From a virus, in the IMG/VR virus record IMGVR_UViG_3300027734_000048, positions 1-64,000 of that record: a DNA stretch of 64,000 nt, one strand, 5' to 3'. Below, in pieces: positions 46,713 through 56,992 of the stretch. A program made the position numbers and the translations under genes. Position 1 is the stretch's first letter. Every line of letters begins with the position of its first letter. The notes under the pieces were generated by a model. It was not told the origin of the DNA, did not search any database, and saw nothing but the letters and a program-made list of their open reading frames with translations.

Positions 46713-49700
46713 TATAGTTTATTACCTCTTAATCTCATAGAATCTACTTGTTTAATCTTAGTCATTACTGTATTTGCAATATCATTTGCATTAGCATCAG
46801 ACTTAACATTTACTGTCAACTCATAATTATACACTGATCCAAGTTGTTGTGAACCGTTATTAATGGCTTTCATGGTTCCCGTGCCATAATTATCAACAGC
46901 ATATTTACTCATAACAAATTCCCCTGGTGTAAGCATTGCTGGTACTGTATCTGTACCCTTAGCAAATCCACCTATAGCAAAATATTTAGGAACAAATCCA
47001 CCAGAAGAATATCCACCTCTTCTTCCACCAGGAAACATTGCAGCATCTGCAGCAACCCTTGCAGCCTGTGCTTTTTCTTGAGCAGCAACCTGTGCTTGAT
47101 ATGCCAATCCTTGTCCAGTCCATCTAGCAGTCATGGCTGCATCTGCAGCAGACATTCCAGTTCCAACTAAAGAAGATGCCATTGCGTTAGCAACAACTGA
47201 TGGAGTTAAACCTGCTTTTACTGCATCTGAAACAGCAGTATTAACATCATCTGTAGTTTTTGCAAGAGCAAAGGCAACCATTGCGTTTGCTTGATTTGCT
47301 GCTGCATCTGCCTCTGGTGTTGTTGTAGTTTTAGGTTTAGTTACAGGAGGCGGAGTAAAATTATTTTGCTGTGTTGTAACACTTCCTGGAACTCCTGCAG
47401 CATACTGCTGAATCTTTGATAGAATTGAAGCCCACATATTATTAATTGCTGTTGCAGATGTTAATAGTGCACCAAATGCTGTATCTAGATTCTTTGATGC
47501 AAGTGCAGATGCATCAATCTTTGCAAATGTCAAATCCCATTCTCCACGAGTTTGTCCCATTACCTTTAATGAAGCAACCTGCTTATCTATTTGATTTTGC
47601 AGAACAATATTTTCATATGTCAGTGCATCTATGTTTGTTTGAATTGGACGAATCTTTGTATTTTCAATATTATAAATTTCATCTTCTTTTGTTTTAATTT
47701 TAGCAAGTTCTGCATTTTGAAGTTGTTGCAAGTTATAAATTTCATCTTGCTTTGCCTTAATGTCTGCAACAATTTTAAGTCTTGCTGGATTATTTTCCAT
47801 TGCATAAAGTTTTTGAGCATTTTGATATTGTTGTTCTTGAATTTGTATTTCTGTCAAGCCAGACTGTGGACCCTTTAGTCTTCCTAAAGCATTTTGTCGT
47901 GATTGTTCAAGGGCATCCATTTGTGATGTAGCATATTGATCAGCATTGGCCTGTCTCATTTCTTGTGCAGCCTGTGCTGCTGCAGCAATATCACCCTGAG
48001 TCAATGCATCAGCAAGACCAAGTTGTCTTCCCTGTTGAGCAATTATCTGATCATTAACAGCCTTGACCTCATTAAGGTTTTTAACTTGTTCATCATAAGA
48101 TTTATTAACAGCATCTGCTTGATGAGAAATAATAGCAAGATCATTTCCATAAATTGTGTTTTGATCTTGAATTGCCTGCATTGCACGGTTGCCAAATATT
48201 GGACTTGTTTCAAGTTGTCTATCTAATGATTCTACTTGAGTATTAAGGGCCTCTATTGGTCTTGTATATGCAATCTCAATGCTTCTTTGTGCATCTGCTA
48301 TTGATTGATTAATGTCAGCAACTTGTTTTTGGAATGGAAGAAGTTGTGCTTGATAATCTGCAATTTTTTGATTATTTGAATCTAGTTGTTGTCCAAGTGG
48401 TCCATTCTTAATCAATGCCTCTTGTACAGAGAACATTTCATTTACTAGTTGTCTTCCTTCTTCTGCAGCACCTGCAAAATCTCCCATTGCAAGTTTTACA
48501 CGAATATCAATCGATTTCTTTTCTGCGATTGAATCAATATAATCTTTTATGTCTCCTGCTTCAATCTTTCCATCTTTAAGGTCTTCAATTAAGTACTTTG
48601 CAATATCAGGATCTGACAAAGCCTCATTAATTTGATCAGCACTGTATCCTGCCTCTTTCATAGATTTTGCTAGTCCTGGGGCATTCTTTGAAATAGCAAA
48701 GTCTGAGTTTGCCTGTCTTGCTTTTGTTAGTGCATTAAGTCTTGAAGTTGCATCAGATGCTGCCTGAGCGTCTGCAATGAATTTCTTCATTTCTTCAGAA
48801 CCCTTTTTACCAACCGCACCTGATGCAATACCTGCTGCTATTGCAGAATCTTCTACAGTTTTTAATGCATCGGATGTGCTCATTCCAGAAGCAATAAGAA
48901 TTTTAAATGCTGCATCTTGATTTTTTGTTGTTTCTAAAACTTCTTTTTGTGCAACATTAAATTCACCGATTACGGCTTCACGGTATGTTTGCATTACCGC
49001 TTGACCTTCTTTTGTTAATCCAGTAATGTTTGCCTTTGTTTTTTCTTTACCCTTTTCATAGGTAAACATATTCTTTCCCTTTGGCAATGATGCAAACTTT
49101 TTAAAGTCATCTGCACTCATTCCAGAAATCATATCTCTAAATTCTTTTGGAACACCAAGTTTAATCATTCTTTGTTGCAAACCATCAAATAGTGTAAACA
49201 TCTTTGAAACATCTTTTTGAGCCTGCTTTCCACTAAATGCTGCAATCATAGATTTAAGTGGGGTTGTTGCATCGAAGGCTCCGTCACGAACATTTTTAAT
49301 TCTCATTGCAAGTGAGTCAAGGAAGTCTAGTGGATTTGCTCCTGTTGAATTTGTATTTGAAGCAGGTCCTGGCTTGTTGCTTGGAATTGATGTTGGAACT
49401 TTGTTTGGCAATAGATCATTTGCAATCATTCCAGTAACGGCAGAGTCGGTTACTACTGATGGTATAGATTTATTTTTTCTGTACTGTGCAATTTCTGATT
49501 TTCCGATTGTTTTATAAAGTTCTATATATGTAAGAACAACACTCTTTTGAATTTTTGGATCTTTATCTTTCCACTTATCCCAATCACTTATTAAAGCCGT
49601 CATGTCTGGCATATCTGGATTTGCCTTAACTATGTCTTCTATTACAGTAAGAGTTACAGGCTCAGTTCCAATTTTACTATCTACGCTATCTAATAGTGCA

Positions 49701-52700
49701 CTTAGTTTTTCTAGGTTTCCCTTTGTTTTTAAGAATACTTCTAAGTCTAACTCTTTACCATCAAGTTGCATTAAAGAACTTAAGGTATTCATATTATTTT
49801 CAAATGTTGCTGCACCTTCTTTTGATGTCATCTTTACAAAAATATCTTTTGCAGTTTCTTCATCAAAATTAGAAAGTATTGTAAGCAGTTGCTGAACCTT
49901 GCCAGGATCTTGCATTTTAAGTGCTGCTGTAATTTGTGTATACATGCCATTTTCATCTTTGCCAAATATATTTAATAAGTTTGTTGCAGAAACAGTATCT
50001 AGTTGACCGCCAGAAACCAATGTGTTAATTAAAACTTCTATCTTTTCTGATTTAAGTCCCTTGGTTTGTGAAAGCAACGCTTTGGCAAGTGGGGCTGCAT
50101 CTCCAGTATATTTTGCAGAAACAGCATTTCTTGATGCAGAAATAACTGCATTCTTATTCATACCTATCTGACCAGGAAGTTTACCCTTTAATGATTTATC
50201 AAATAAGTCTGAAGTTTGTTTTAAACTTTTTGCTGTAAATGAGTTTAATTTTGCATCATCTTTTGCTTGTCGTTTTTTAACATCTTCTATCTTTCCATCT
50301 ATTACTAATTGTTTTGCTTTATCTGCAGTTGCTAGTTTTTGTGCTTCAAGTTTGCGTATTTCATCATCATACATTTTCTTTTGTGCATCTCTTTGAGCCT
50401 GTATAATGGTTAGATTTTGAGACTGAAGTGCCTGTGCTGCAGCAAAAGAATCTGTAGAGGCAGAAGATGCACTACCAGTTCTTTGAGCATTTGTTGCAGC
50501 CGTTGTCATTGCATCTGTAATTTCATTTTGCGTATTAATTATTTTAATTCTAATTGTAAGCGGATCAACAAGTAAGTTTTGGCCATCTGGTCCAACGAGA
50601 TTTGTTATTTCACCTTGAATCTTTGTTCCAATTGTCATGTTGCCAAGATCTAAGCCAATTTGTCTTGCTACGCTATATGCTTGTTCAGCAGTTAATATTC
50701 CATCAGAAATATAAGCAGAAAGTTGCAATGCTAGTTTTTTAGATGCTTGATCTCCACCTGCTGCAAGATCTTTTACAAAAGATTCTTTTATAGACTTTCC
50801 AACATCTGATTGGAAGAAATCTGTTCCAAATTGACTCTTTCCTCTTTCAAATATCTTTGTATATCTATCAGCACTGCCTTCTTGTCTCTTTCTTGAATAA
50901 AGTTCTGAGGCTCCAACCTTACCTGTTATTTCACCAATTTTCTTCATCTTATCTGTTGTTGCAGATATAGAATTAATATAATCAACTTGCTTCTTAACTG
51001 TAGCATCAAAGTGTTTCTTCATTAGCCATACAGATCCCGCTGCTGCTGCCACTCCAAGTGCAAGACCCTGTGGACCGCTAAGACCAGCAAGCATTGGTGC
51101 AAATGATGCAACCATAGATCCAGTTCCAAGTGCTGCTGTGACTTGTGTTGGTGCTCCAGCCATACCAGAAACCATTGCAGCAGTACCAAGTGCTCCTGCA
51201 ACCTTACCAGAATATTGCCCAACTGCTTCTCTACGCATTCCCCTTGCCTGCTGAACTTCTAATTTTCTTTGTGCTTTAAGGTTTGCAGCATTTGTTTTTT
51301 GTTGTTCTGGTGTAAGTGGTCCAATAAACCCTATATCTCCAGCAACAAGATCTGACTGAGATGTTCCTGGGTAGTTCCCTGCTGCTGCTGCATCCTGTGC
51401 ATTTCTAACTGCTTGCTCTTTTGCAATAATCTCTTGTTGTCTTAAATCATTTAGTCTTTGCTCTTGTGCAGCAGACTCAGCAACATTTACACTCGTAGTT
51501 TTTGTTTGTCTTGCAATTGCATCATTTAATTTTGTAGTAGTTACTAACTTTCCAGTTAATTTTCTATAGTGTCTGTCTATAGACTTTTGTCTTTGACGCA
51601 TTTCAGGATCTTCTTTCATAATCCTGTATTTTTCAAGATTTGCAGTATCAATATTTGATGCAGCGTTTGCAAGTCTATCTGATTGTGAAGCCACACCTGC
51701 TTCTCTAGACTTCATGCCTTCAATAAGTCCATCTCCAATATCTTGTCCAAGTTTTCTAGTTCTCTTTGAAGGTGAAGCAGTTTGTGCTATTTGTTCTGCT
51801 TTGGTTAAACTCTTTTCAACACTTTCTGGAAGATCATCTATAGTTCCAAGAACCTCTGATGCAGTTCTTGCTTCAACATTTCCATATTTTGCATTACTTG
51901 CTTTTGGACCAAGAGTTCCAGCACCTGCTTTTGCAAGGCGATCATTAATTGGTCCAAGATCTTCTTGCTTAATAGATGTTCTAAGTGCAGTGATAGTTCT
52001 TTTTGCTGTTTCAATTACAGCCTTAAAATCAGGAATAAGGGAGTCTATGTCTTTTCTAACTTCTGACTCTAACTTTAAGAATACATCATCTGTGAAAGGC
52101 TCTGGAATCTTTTTCCCTGCATTTTCTTGATTCCATGCCTGAATTTTTTGAAGCAATGCCTTGTCATAAATTTCTGCCTGGGCATGAATCTTGTCAAAAT
52201 CTGCACCGACAAGTTCTGTCATGGTCTTCCATTTTTCAGCACCAGTCTTTGCAAACTCTTCTTCAAATGCAGAGCCTACAGTTTTTCCATTTTTCTTTTC
52301 AAAATTCTTTTGATTTGGGCTTGCCATTCCTCTATTGACAGACTGCTTCATGTCAAATCCAAATGCATCTGCAACTCTTACATCTGGTGCTTGTCTTCCA
52401 GTTTCTGCATAATAGGCTTTAACAATATCCATCTGCTTTTGGATCTTTGGAGAAACTTTTAAACCACTTGCTGTTCCAATGTCAACTTTATGTGTATCTC
52501 CTACGTGTGCAAAAGATCCGCCTTGACCTTCATCAAACTTCTTAAACCATCTCCCCATGATGCTTGGTCCACCATCAGCACCTGGAGCCTTTCCTATTTC
52601 ATTTAATCCTTCTTGTGTAAGTTTTCCAGTTTTTGCTTTAACTTCTGCAAGTAATTCTTCAAAGTTTTTAAGGACTGCAGCACGAATTTCTTCCATTGTT

Positions 52701-55117
52701 TTTTCTGTGCCCATACCAGTAAGTTCTGCATAACGCTTAAGGTTTGCTTCATTTAATTTTGCAATTCTGTCATATTCTTTTTGTAAAAATCCTGGTAAAT
52801 CTTTAGAAGATGATACTGATTCTGCTTGTGATGTCGGCCCATTATCAAGACCAGACCTTCCCATAATTAGGTTATGGACTCCACGATAACTTGCACCACT
52901 TCTTGAATTATCTGCAGTGCCAGCCATGTACTTTCTAACACTTCCATTTTGCAATGCTGCAACAGTCTCTGGGTTATCTTTAACTGTTTGCTTTGTTAAA
53001 ACAACTTCACCAGGAGTTAGTACTGCTGGAACTGTATCCTTATTTCCAGTACCTGGTACTACTCCACCTGATGACATTCTAATTCCAGATACCGCTCCCT
53101 TAGCACCTGGGGCTGCATTAAATAGTCCTGGACTTGAGGCAGCAAGTGCTCTAGCCTGTGATCCTGCATTTGCATATGCTGCTGCTAGTGCATTAACAGA
53201 TCCTGCCTCAACATTAAATGTATCAATAAGTGTTTTGTGAGACATATGCAAAGCATTTGTTTCTGTAAGATTTTCAATTTCCTGTTGTGTTAAATAATCA
53301 AATCCTCCACCAAGAACTGCATTTTGTCCATTAAGTTTTGCCATGCCACCACGAAGCATTGCAAAGAATTTAATTAAGTTTGCAAGACCGTTTGCAAGCA
53401 AACCAAATGTCATCAGTGCAACTGGTGCTAAACCACCAACAACTCCAATAACAACCGCAATGGCTTTTTTAGTGCCATCACTAAAGTTATTAAATCTTTC
53501 TAAAATTTTTCCAAAGAAATTAACAATTGGAGTTAATGCTTCTAGGAATGCCTTACCAACTGGAACTAACTCTTGCTTTAATTGTTCAATTGATTTTTGA
53601 AATTTGACTCCAACTGCATTTTCTACTTTGCCTAATTCTCGCTCAGATAGAATTGCTAGTTCTTCAACTGATGCCCCTGCTAATCCAAGTGCTCTTGCTG
53701 CTTGTGAAGAATCTTTTGTAACATTTTGAAAGAGTGTTGACAAACGAGCAAACTGGAACTTACCAAATAGTTGCTCAATTGCTCTTGCACGGTTAAGTGG
53801 ATCTAATGTATCAAGTGCTCTAGCAAATCCTACAACAGTTCCTTTTAGATCTCCCTTGTTTGCTTCAACAAGTCCTTTAATATTTATTCCAAGTCCCGCA
53901 AGAAATTCACTAGCCTTTTTTGAAGGATTGATCATAGAAGCAAGACCAGACTTGAGAGCATTAGCACCTTCTGATGCATTAATTCCGCCCTCTTTCATTG
54001 CAGTCATAAAGAATGCAAGATCTTCTACACTTCCACCAAGTTGTTTAATAACTGGTCCAGCCTTTGGAACTGCAATAGTTAAGTCTTCAATAGAAAGTAC
54101 TGTTTGGTTTTCTACTGCGTTAAGAAAGTTAATTTTTTGTGCAAGATCTGTTGCAGCAATACCAAAAGCATTTTGCAAAGAAATTGTTGTCTCAAGTGCT
54201 TGCTGTTGTTCAACTTGACCAAGTACAGAAAGTTTTGTTGCTGCAATCACCTGCTGATTTAGATCATTTCCTGTAAGACCCATTGCTGCTGCTTTGGCTG
54301 CCATTTCAACTGTGTCTTTTACTGCTATTCCGTATTTTGTAAATTCTTTGCCAAGTCTTTGAATATCTTGAACAGCCTTATTGGTTGCATCAGATGTTGT
54401 CGTCATATCACCATAGACTCTTGTAAACTTAACAACCGCCTCTTCCATATCACGGAATGTCTTCATTGCAACAGAACCAAGCATTGTAAGTGGAATTGTC
54501 AAACCAACCATTAACTGGCGACCTGCCCACTGTGTATTTTTACCAAAATTTAAAAGTTGGGTAGAGCCTTGTTTAATTAACTGATTAAGAAGTTGTTGTC
54601 TTTGTGCAGCCATCTGGACTCTAGTTGCATAGTCTGCATATCGTCCATTGGTCATTTCAAGATGTTTTGGAACTACCTTCAAAACTTTTACAAGTTCACC
54701 GTTAGCACTTGTTAGTTGTATATATTGAGACTGAAGTGCCTTTACTCTATCTCTACGAGCACGGTTAATTATGTCTCTTTCAGCAGTAAAAGCACGACCC
54801 AAAACCTTTGTATTTGCAGTTGCTGCTGCAGCGGTGTACCTAAAGTACTCACGCATGCTGAGTTGATTTTTTTCAAGTGCTGTTGTGAATGCACTTGTGC
54901 TTGTTGCTACTGTTTTTTGTGATGCAACAAATTTACCAGTAGAGTTGATTGCCTGAACTAATTGATCATTAAGACCTTTTTGAGCATTTGCTGCTGCAAC
55001 ATTGCCCTGAGTTAGTGACTGATTGAATCGACTCAGACCAGCCTGTAATTGACGTAAACTAGCAAGTGCCTCTGTAGTATCAAAGACAATGCCAATATTA
55101 GCGTTTACATCAGACAA
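46712..55117 (-). CDS. tail tape measure protein (2801 aa)
   Basis: helical Ala/Gln-rich; TMP core EGANALKSGL; follows the tail chaperones. Confidence 0.93.
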   Translation of the reverse strand: MSDVNANIGIVFDTTEALASLRQLQAGLSRFNQSLTQGNVAAANAQKGLNDQLVQAINSTGKFVASQKTVATSTSAFTTALEKNQLSMREYFRYTAAAATANTKVLGRAFTAERDIINRARRDRVKALQSQYIQLTSANGELVKVLKVVPKHLEMTNGRYADYATRVQMAAQRQQLLNQLIKQGSTQLLNFGKNTQWAGRQLMVGLTIPLTMLGSVAMKTFRDMEEAVVKFTRVYGDMTTTSDATNKAVQDIQRLGKEFTKYGIAVKDTVEMAAKAAAMGLTGNDLNQQVIAATKLSVLGQVEQQQALETTISLQNAFGIAATDLAQKINFLNAVENQTVLSIEDLTIAVPKAGPVIKQLGGSVEDLAFFMTAMKEGGINASEGANALKSGLASMINPSKKASEFLAGLGINIKGLVEANKGDLKGTVVGFARALDTLDPLNRARAIEQLFGKFQFARLSTLFQNVTKDSSQAARALGLAGASVEELAILSERELGKVENAVGVKFQKSIEQLKQELVPVGKAFLEALTPIVNFFGKILERFNNFSDGTKKAIAVVIGVVGGLAPVALMTFGLLANGLANLIKFFAMLRGGMAKLNGQNAVLGGGFDYLTQQEIENLTETNALHMSHKTLIDTFNVEAGSVNALAAAYANAGSQARALAASSPGLFNAAPGAKGAVSGIRMSSGGVVPGTGNKDTVPAVLTPGEVVLTKQTVKDNPETVAALQNGSVRKYMAGTADNSRSGASYRGVHNLIMGRSGLDNGPTSQAESVSSSKDLPGFLQKEYDRIAKLNEANLKRYAELTGMGTEKTMEEIRAAVLKNFEELLAEVKAKTGKLTQEGLNEIGKAPGADGGPSIMGRWFKKFDEGQGGSFAHVGDTHKVDIGTASGLKVSPKIQKQMDIVKAYYAETGRQAPDVRVADAFGFDMKQSVNRGMASPNQKNFEKKNGKTVGSAFEEEFAKTGAEKWKTMTELVGADFDKIHAQAEIYDKALLQKIQAWNQENAGKKIPEPFTDDVFLKLESEVRKDIDSLIPDFKAVIETAKRTITALRTSIKQEDLGPINDRLAKAGAGTLGPKASNAKYGNVEARTASEVLGTIDDLPESVEKSLTKAEQIAQTASPSKRTRKLGQDIGDGLIEGMKSREAGVASQSDRLANAASNIDTANLEKYRIMKEDPEMRQRQKSIDRHYRKLTGKLVTTTKLNDAIARQTKTTSVNVAESAAQEQRLNDLRQQEIIAKEQAVRNAQDAAAAGNYPGTSQSDLVAGDIGFIGPLTPEQQKTNAANLKAQRKLEVQQARGMRREAVGQYSGKVAGALGTAAMVSGMAGAPTQVTAALGTGSMVASFAPMLAGLSGPQGLALGVAAAAGSVWLMKKHFDATVKKQVDYINSISATTDKMKKIGEITGKVGASELYSRKRQEGSADRYTKIFERGKSQFGTDFFQSDVGKSIKESFVKDLAAGGDQASKKLALQLSAYISDGILTAEQAYSVARQIGLDLGNMTIGTKIQGEITNLVGPDGQNLLVDPLTIRIKIINTQNEITDAMTTAATNAQRTGSASSASTDSFAAAQALQSQNLTIIQAQRDAQKKMYDDEIRKLEAQKLATADKAKQLVIDGKIEDVKKRQAKDDAKLNSFTAKSLKQTSDLFDKSLKGKLPGQIGMNKNAVISASRNAVSAKYTGDAAPLAKALLSQTKGLKSEKIEVLINTLVSGGQLDTVSATNLLNIFGKDENGMYTQITAALKMQDPGKVQQLLTILSNFDEETAKDIFVKMTSKEGAATFENNMNTLSSLMQLDGKELDLEVFLKTKGNLEKLSALLDSVDSKIGTEPVTLTVIEDIVKANPDMPDMTALISDWDKWKDKDPKIQKSVVLTYIELYKTIGKSEIAQYRKNKSIPSVVTDSAVTGMIANDLLPNKVPTSIPSNKPGPASNTNSTGANPLDFLDSLAMRIKNVRDGAFDATTPLKSMIAAFSGKQAQKDVSKMFTLFDGLQQRMIKLGVPKEFRDMISGMSADDFKKFASLPKGKNMFTYEKGKEKTKANITGLTKEGQAVMQTYREAVIGEFNVAQKEVLETTKNQDAAFKILIASGMSTSDALKTVEDSAIAAGIASGAVGKKGSEEMKKFIADAQAASDATSRLNALTKARQANSDFAISKNAPGLAKSMKEAGYSADQINEALSDPDIAKYLIEDLKDGKIEAGDIKDYIDSIAEKKSIDIRVKLAMGDFAGAAEEGRQLVNEMFSVQEALIKNGPLGQQLDSNNQKIADYQAQLLPFQKQVADINQSIADAQRSIEIAYTRPIEALNTQVESLDRQLETSPIFGNRAMQAIQDQNTIYGNDLAIISHQADAVNKSYDEQVKNLNEVKAVNDQIIAQQGRQLGLADALTQGDIAAAAQAAQEMRQANADQYATSQMDALEQSRQNALGRLKGPQSGLTEIQIQEQQYQNAQKLYAMENNPARLKIVADIKAKQDEIYNLQQLQNAELAKIKTKEDEIYNIENTKIRPIQTNIDALTYENIVLQNQIDKQVASLKVMGQTRGEWDLTFAKIDASALASKNLDTAFGALLTSATAINNMWASILSKIQQYAAGVPGSVTTQQNNFTPPPVTKPKTTTTPEADAAANQANAMVAFALAKTTDDVNTAVSDAVKAGLTPSVVANAMASSLVGTGMSAADAAMTARWTGQGLAYQAQVAAQEKAQAARVAADAAMFPGGRRGGYSSGGFVPKYFAIGGFAKGTDTVPAMLTPGEFVMSKYAVDNYGTGTMKAINNGSQQLGSVYNYELTVNVKSDANANDIANTVMTKIKQVDSMRLRGNKL

Positions 55118-55134
55118 TCATTACACCCTCTTTT

Positions 55135-55464
55135 TTATTTTGACATTTGACCAACGAGTGCTGTTGTATCTGAAAGTGAGAATCCAGATGCTGCATCGAT
55201 GATCTTGTAGACCGTTGGAAGGTCTAGGCTTTCTTCAAGTTTTTCTCTATCTTCTGCAAGATCTGGATAGAATTGCTTAAATGCAATTTGAACGCAGTCG
55301 AGCAGTAGATCCATTGACTTGTCATTATCATCCGCTACTTCTGTTAGACCAGTAAACTTCTTCATGAATGGTCGCAATAGTGAAATCTTTAGCGGTTTTA
55401 CTTCAAACTCTGTACCGTCAACAAGTCTTAACTTTTGAACAGTATTTTCTACATTGTCAGTCAT
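55135..55464 (-). CDS. tail assembly chaperone, short (gpG-like)
   Basis: between major tail and tape measure; GGAGG SD; similar to the N-terminus of 55515-56195. Confidence 0.75.
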   Translation of the reverse strand: MTDNVENTVQKLRLVDGTEFEVKPLKISLLRPFMKKFTGLTEVADDNDKSMDLLLDCVQIAFKQFYPDLAEDREKLEESLDLPTVYKIIDAASGFSLSDTTALVGQMSK

Positions 55465-55489
55465 TTTTCCTCCGTTAGGTTGATAGTTA

Positions 55490-55498
55490 ATTATACCA
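55490..55498 (-). promoter_or_regulatory. extended -10 promoter TGGTATAAT for the short chaperone and tape measure
   Basis: consensus box followed by a leader with GGAGG. Confidence 0.65.
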
Positions 55499-55514
55499 TA
55501 GCAGGTATTATTTT

Positions 55515-56195
55515 TTAATCAATTCTTTCATATGTCAGGCCCATTCCAATGCCAAATCCTGCATTTGCTGCATTTTGTCCTTGAAGGGCAACTATATCAT
55601 TTGCATTGGCTGCTTTGCCTTTGCTAAACACTCTAGCCTTCATTTCTTCCCATTCGTTTGATTTATTGTTTTTATCTAAATCAACTCCCTGCATGGCTGC
55701 TAGAAATTTTTTATGCGTGTAGTCTTCTTCTCTTTTAACATTCAAGACTGCAGTAAGTTCTGGCATAGAGAGAGATTTTTCCAACTCGTTATAATCTTTC
55801 CATATGCCAAGAAGAAACACCTCTGATTCTAGTTGTGCTAAATCCAAATCATCCCAAGAAGATCCACTCTCTACTGCTTGTTTCTTTACTGGTTCTTCTG
55901 AGTCTTTGTCTATTTTTATACCAGCCGAAAAATCAAGTAGTTTATAGATTGTCTTTAAATCTACAAACTCCTCAAAACGATCAATGCTTGTTGCTATATC
56001 TGGCTTAAACTGTTTCATGCATTCCATAGCACAAATAGATAATGCCGTGATAGTTTCATAATCATTTTTGGCCTTTTTAACATCTTCAAATTTTTCCATA
56101 AAACGTCTTAGATATTTTATTTTTAATGGTGATATTTCTAACTCTTCACCATCTATTAAATATATATAGTTTATTTTATAAATTTCAGTAGCCAT
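55515..56195 (-). CDS. tail assembly chaperone, long (gpGT-like)
   Basis: N-terminal half is similar to 55135-55464, with an extra C-terminal domain. Confidence 0.7.
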   Translation of the reverse strand: MATEIYKINYIYLIDGEELEISPLKIKYLRRFMEKFEDVKKAKNDYETITALSICAMECMKQFKPDIATSIDRFEEFVDLKTIYKLLDFSAGIKIDKDSEEPVKKQAVESGSSWDDLDLAQLESEVFLLGIWKDYNELEKSLSMPELTAVLNVKREEDYTHKKFLAAMQGVDLDKNNKSNEWEEMKARVFSKGKAANANDIVALQGQNAANAGFGIGMGLTYERID

Positions 56196-56201
56196 CTATA
56201 T

Positions 56202-56210
56202 AGTATACCA
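56202..56210 (-). promoter_or_regulatory. extended -10 promoter TGGTATACT (leaderless long chaperone)
   Basis: 6 nt upstream of ATG 56195; no SD. Confidence 0.65.
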
Positions 56211-56250
56211 AAAACAAAATTGCCCCGCTCAAATTAATGAGAAGGGCAAT
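56211..56250 (-). terminator. intrinsic terminator after the major tail gene
   Basis: ATTGCCCTTCTC...GAGCGGGGCAAT followed by TTTGTTTT. Confidence 0.75.
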
Positions 56251-56267
56251 AATGTTATTAAGTTGTA

Positions 56268-56921
56268 TTAGACTGCTGCTGGAATTGTACGATCTACGAT
56301 CTTACCGTATGATGCATCATCATTTGGAAGAAGGCGGAAAGATACTTCAAACATTGTCGCTTCGTCACGCTTTGCTGATACTGTTACATTTTCGATTGAA
56401 AGTGCACGGTATGCAACATAAATACGTTCGATTGAAGATCCTGCTGCACAGTCACCTGTACCTGGACCAACTGCTACCAAACCACGCTCAACTGGGCATT
56501 CGCCTAGTTCGCCTGCAGAAAGGTTAAGTTCCATAGAACCTGTTGCAAGTCCTGTACCTGTTAGGTCAGACTTGTCTGTATCTTTTGCTGCTAATGCAAC
56601 AAGAAGATTTTCGAGAGTTGCCTCTGCGAATGTTGTGTTCAAGTTTACTTGCATGCCTTGCTTGTATAGTTTAGCAACGTCAAGCACCTGATCCACTGCA
56701 ACCTCACCAAAATCTGGCTGGAACTGTAGTTCCAAACCATTCATTGTGTAACCAACATTGCGGAAGTCATCTTCATTTGCTGTCAAAGACAGTGTATCTT
56801 TAAATGATACTCCATTTGCGTATGCTGGAAGGTCTGAGTCTTGAAGTTGTCCACCTTCATATGTGAAAAGTGCTGCTGCACCCACGATGATTTGTGAACT
56901 GTTACCTCTTGTATATGCCAT
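56268..56921 (-). CDS. major tail protein
   Basis: NVGYTMNGLEL-x-FQPDF-x-EV-x-VDQ tail-tube pattern; GAGGTG SD before ATG 56921. Confidence 0.85.
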   Translation of the reverse strand: MAYTRGNSSQIIVGAAALFTYEGGQLQDSDLPAYANGVSFKDTLSLTANEDDFRNVGYTMNGLELQFQPDFGEVAVDQVLDVAKLYKQGMQVNLNTTFAEATLENLLVALAAKDTDKSDLTGTGLATGSMELNLSAGELGECPVERGLVAVGPGTGDCAAGSSIERIYVAYRALSIENVTVSAKRDEATMFEVSFRLLPNDDASYGKIVDRTIPAAV

Positions 56922-56992
56922 AGTTTTCACCTCTTTTTTTCTTATAGAATAAAGGGCTTGTTTCCTCAAGTATAATTATACAGCCCTTTTTA

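Noticed and set aside
55135-56195. Programmed frameshift joining the two chaperone ORFs
   Set aside because: The long form comes first, and a 50-bp spacer with its own promoter and SD separates them, which does not fit a G-to-GT shift.
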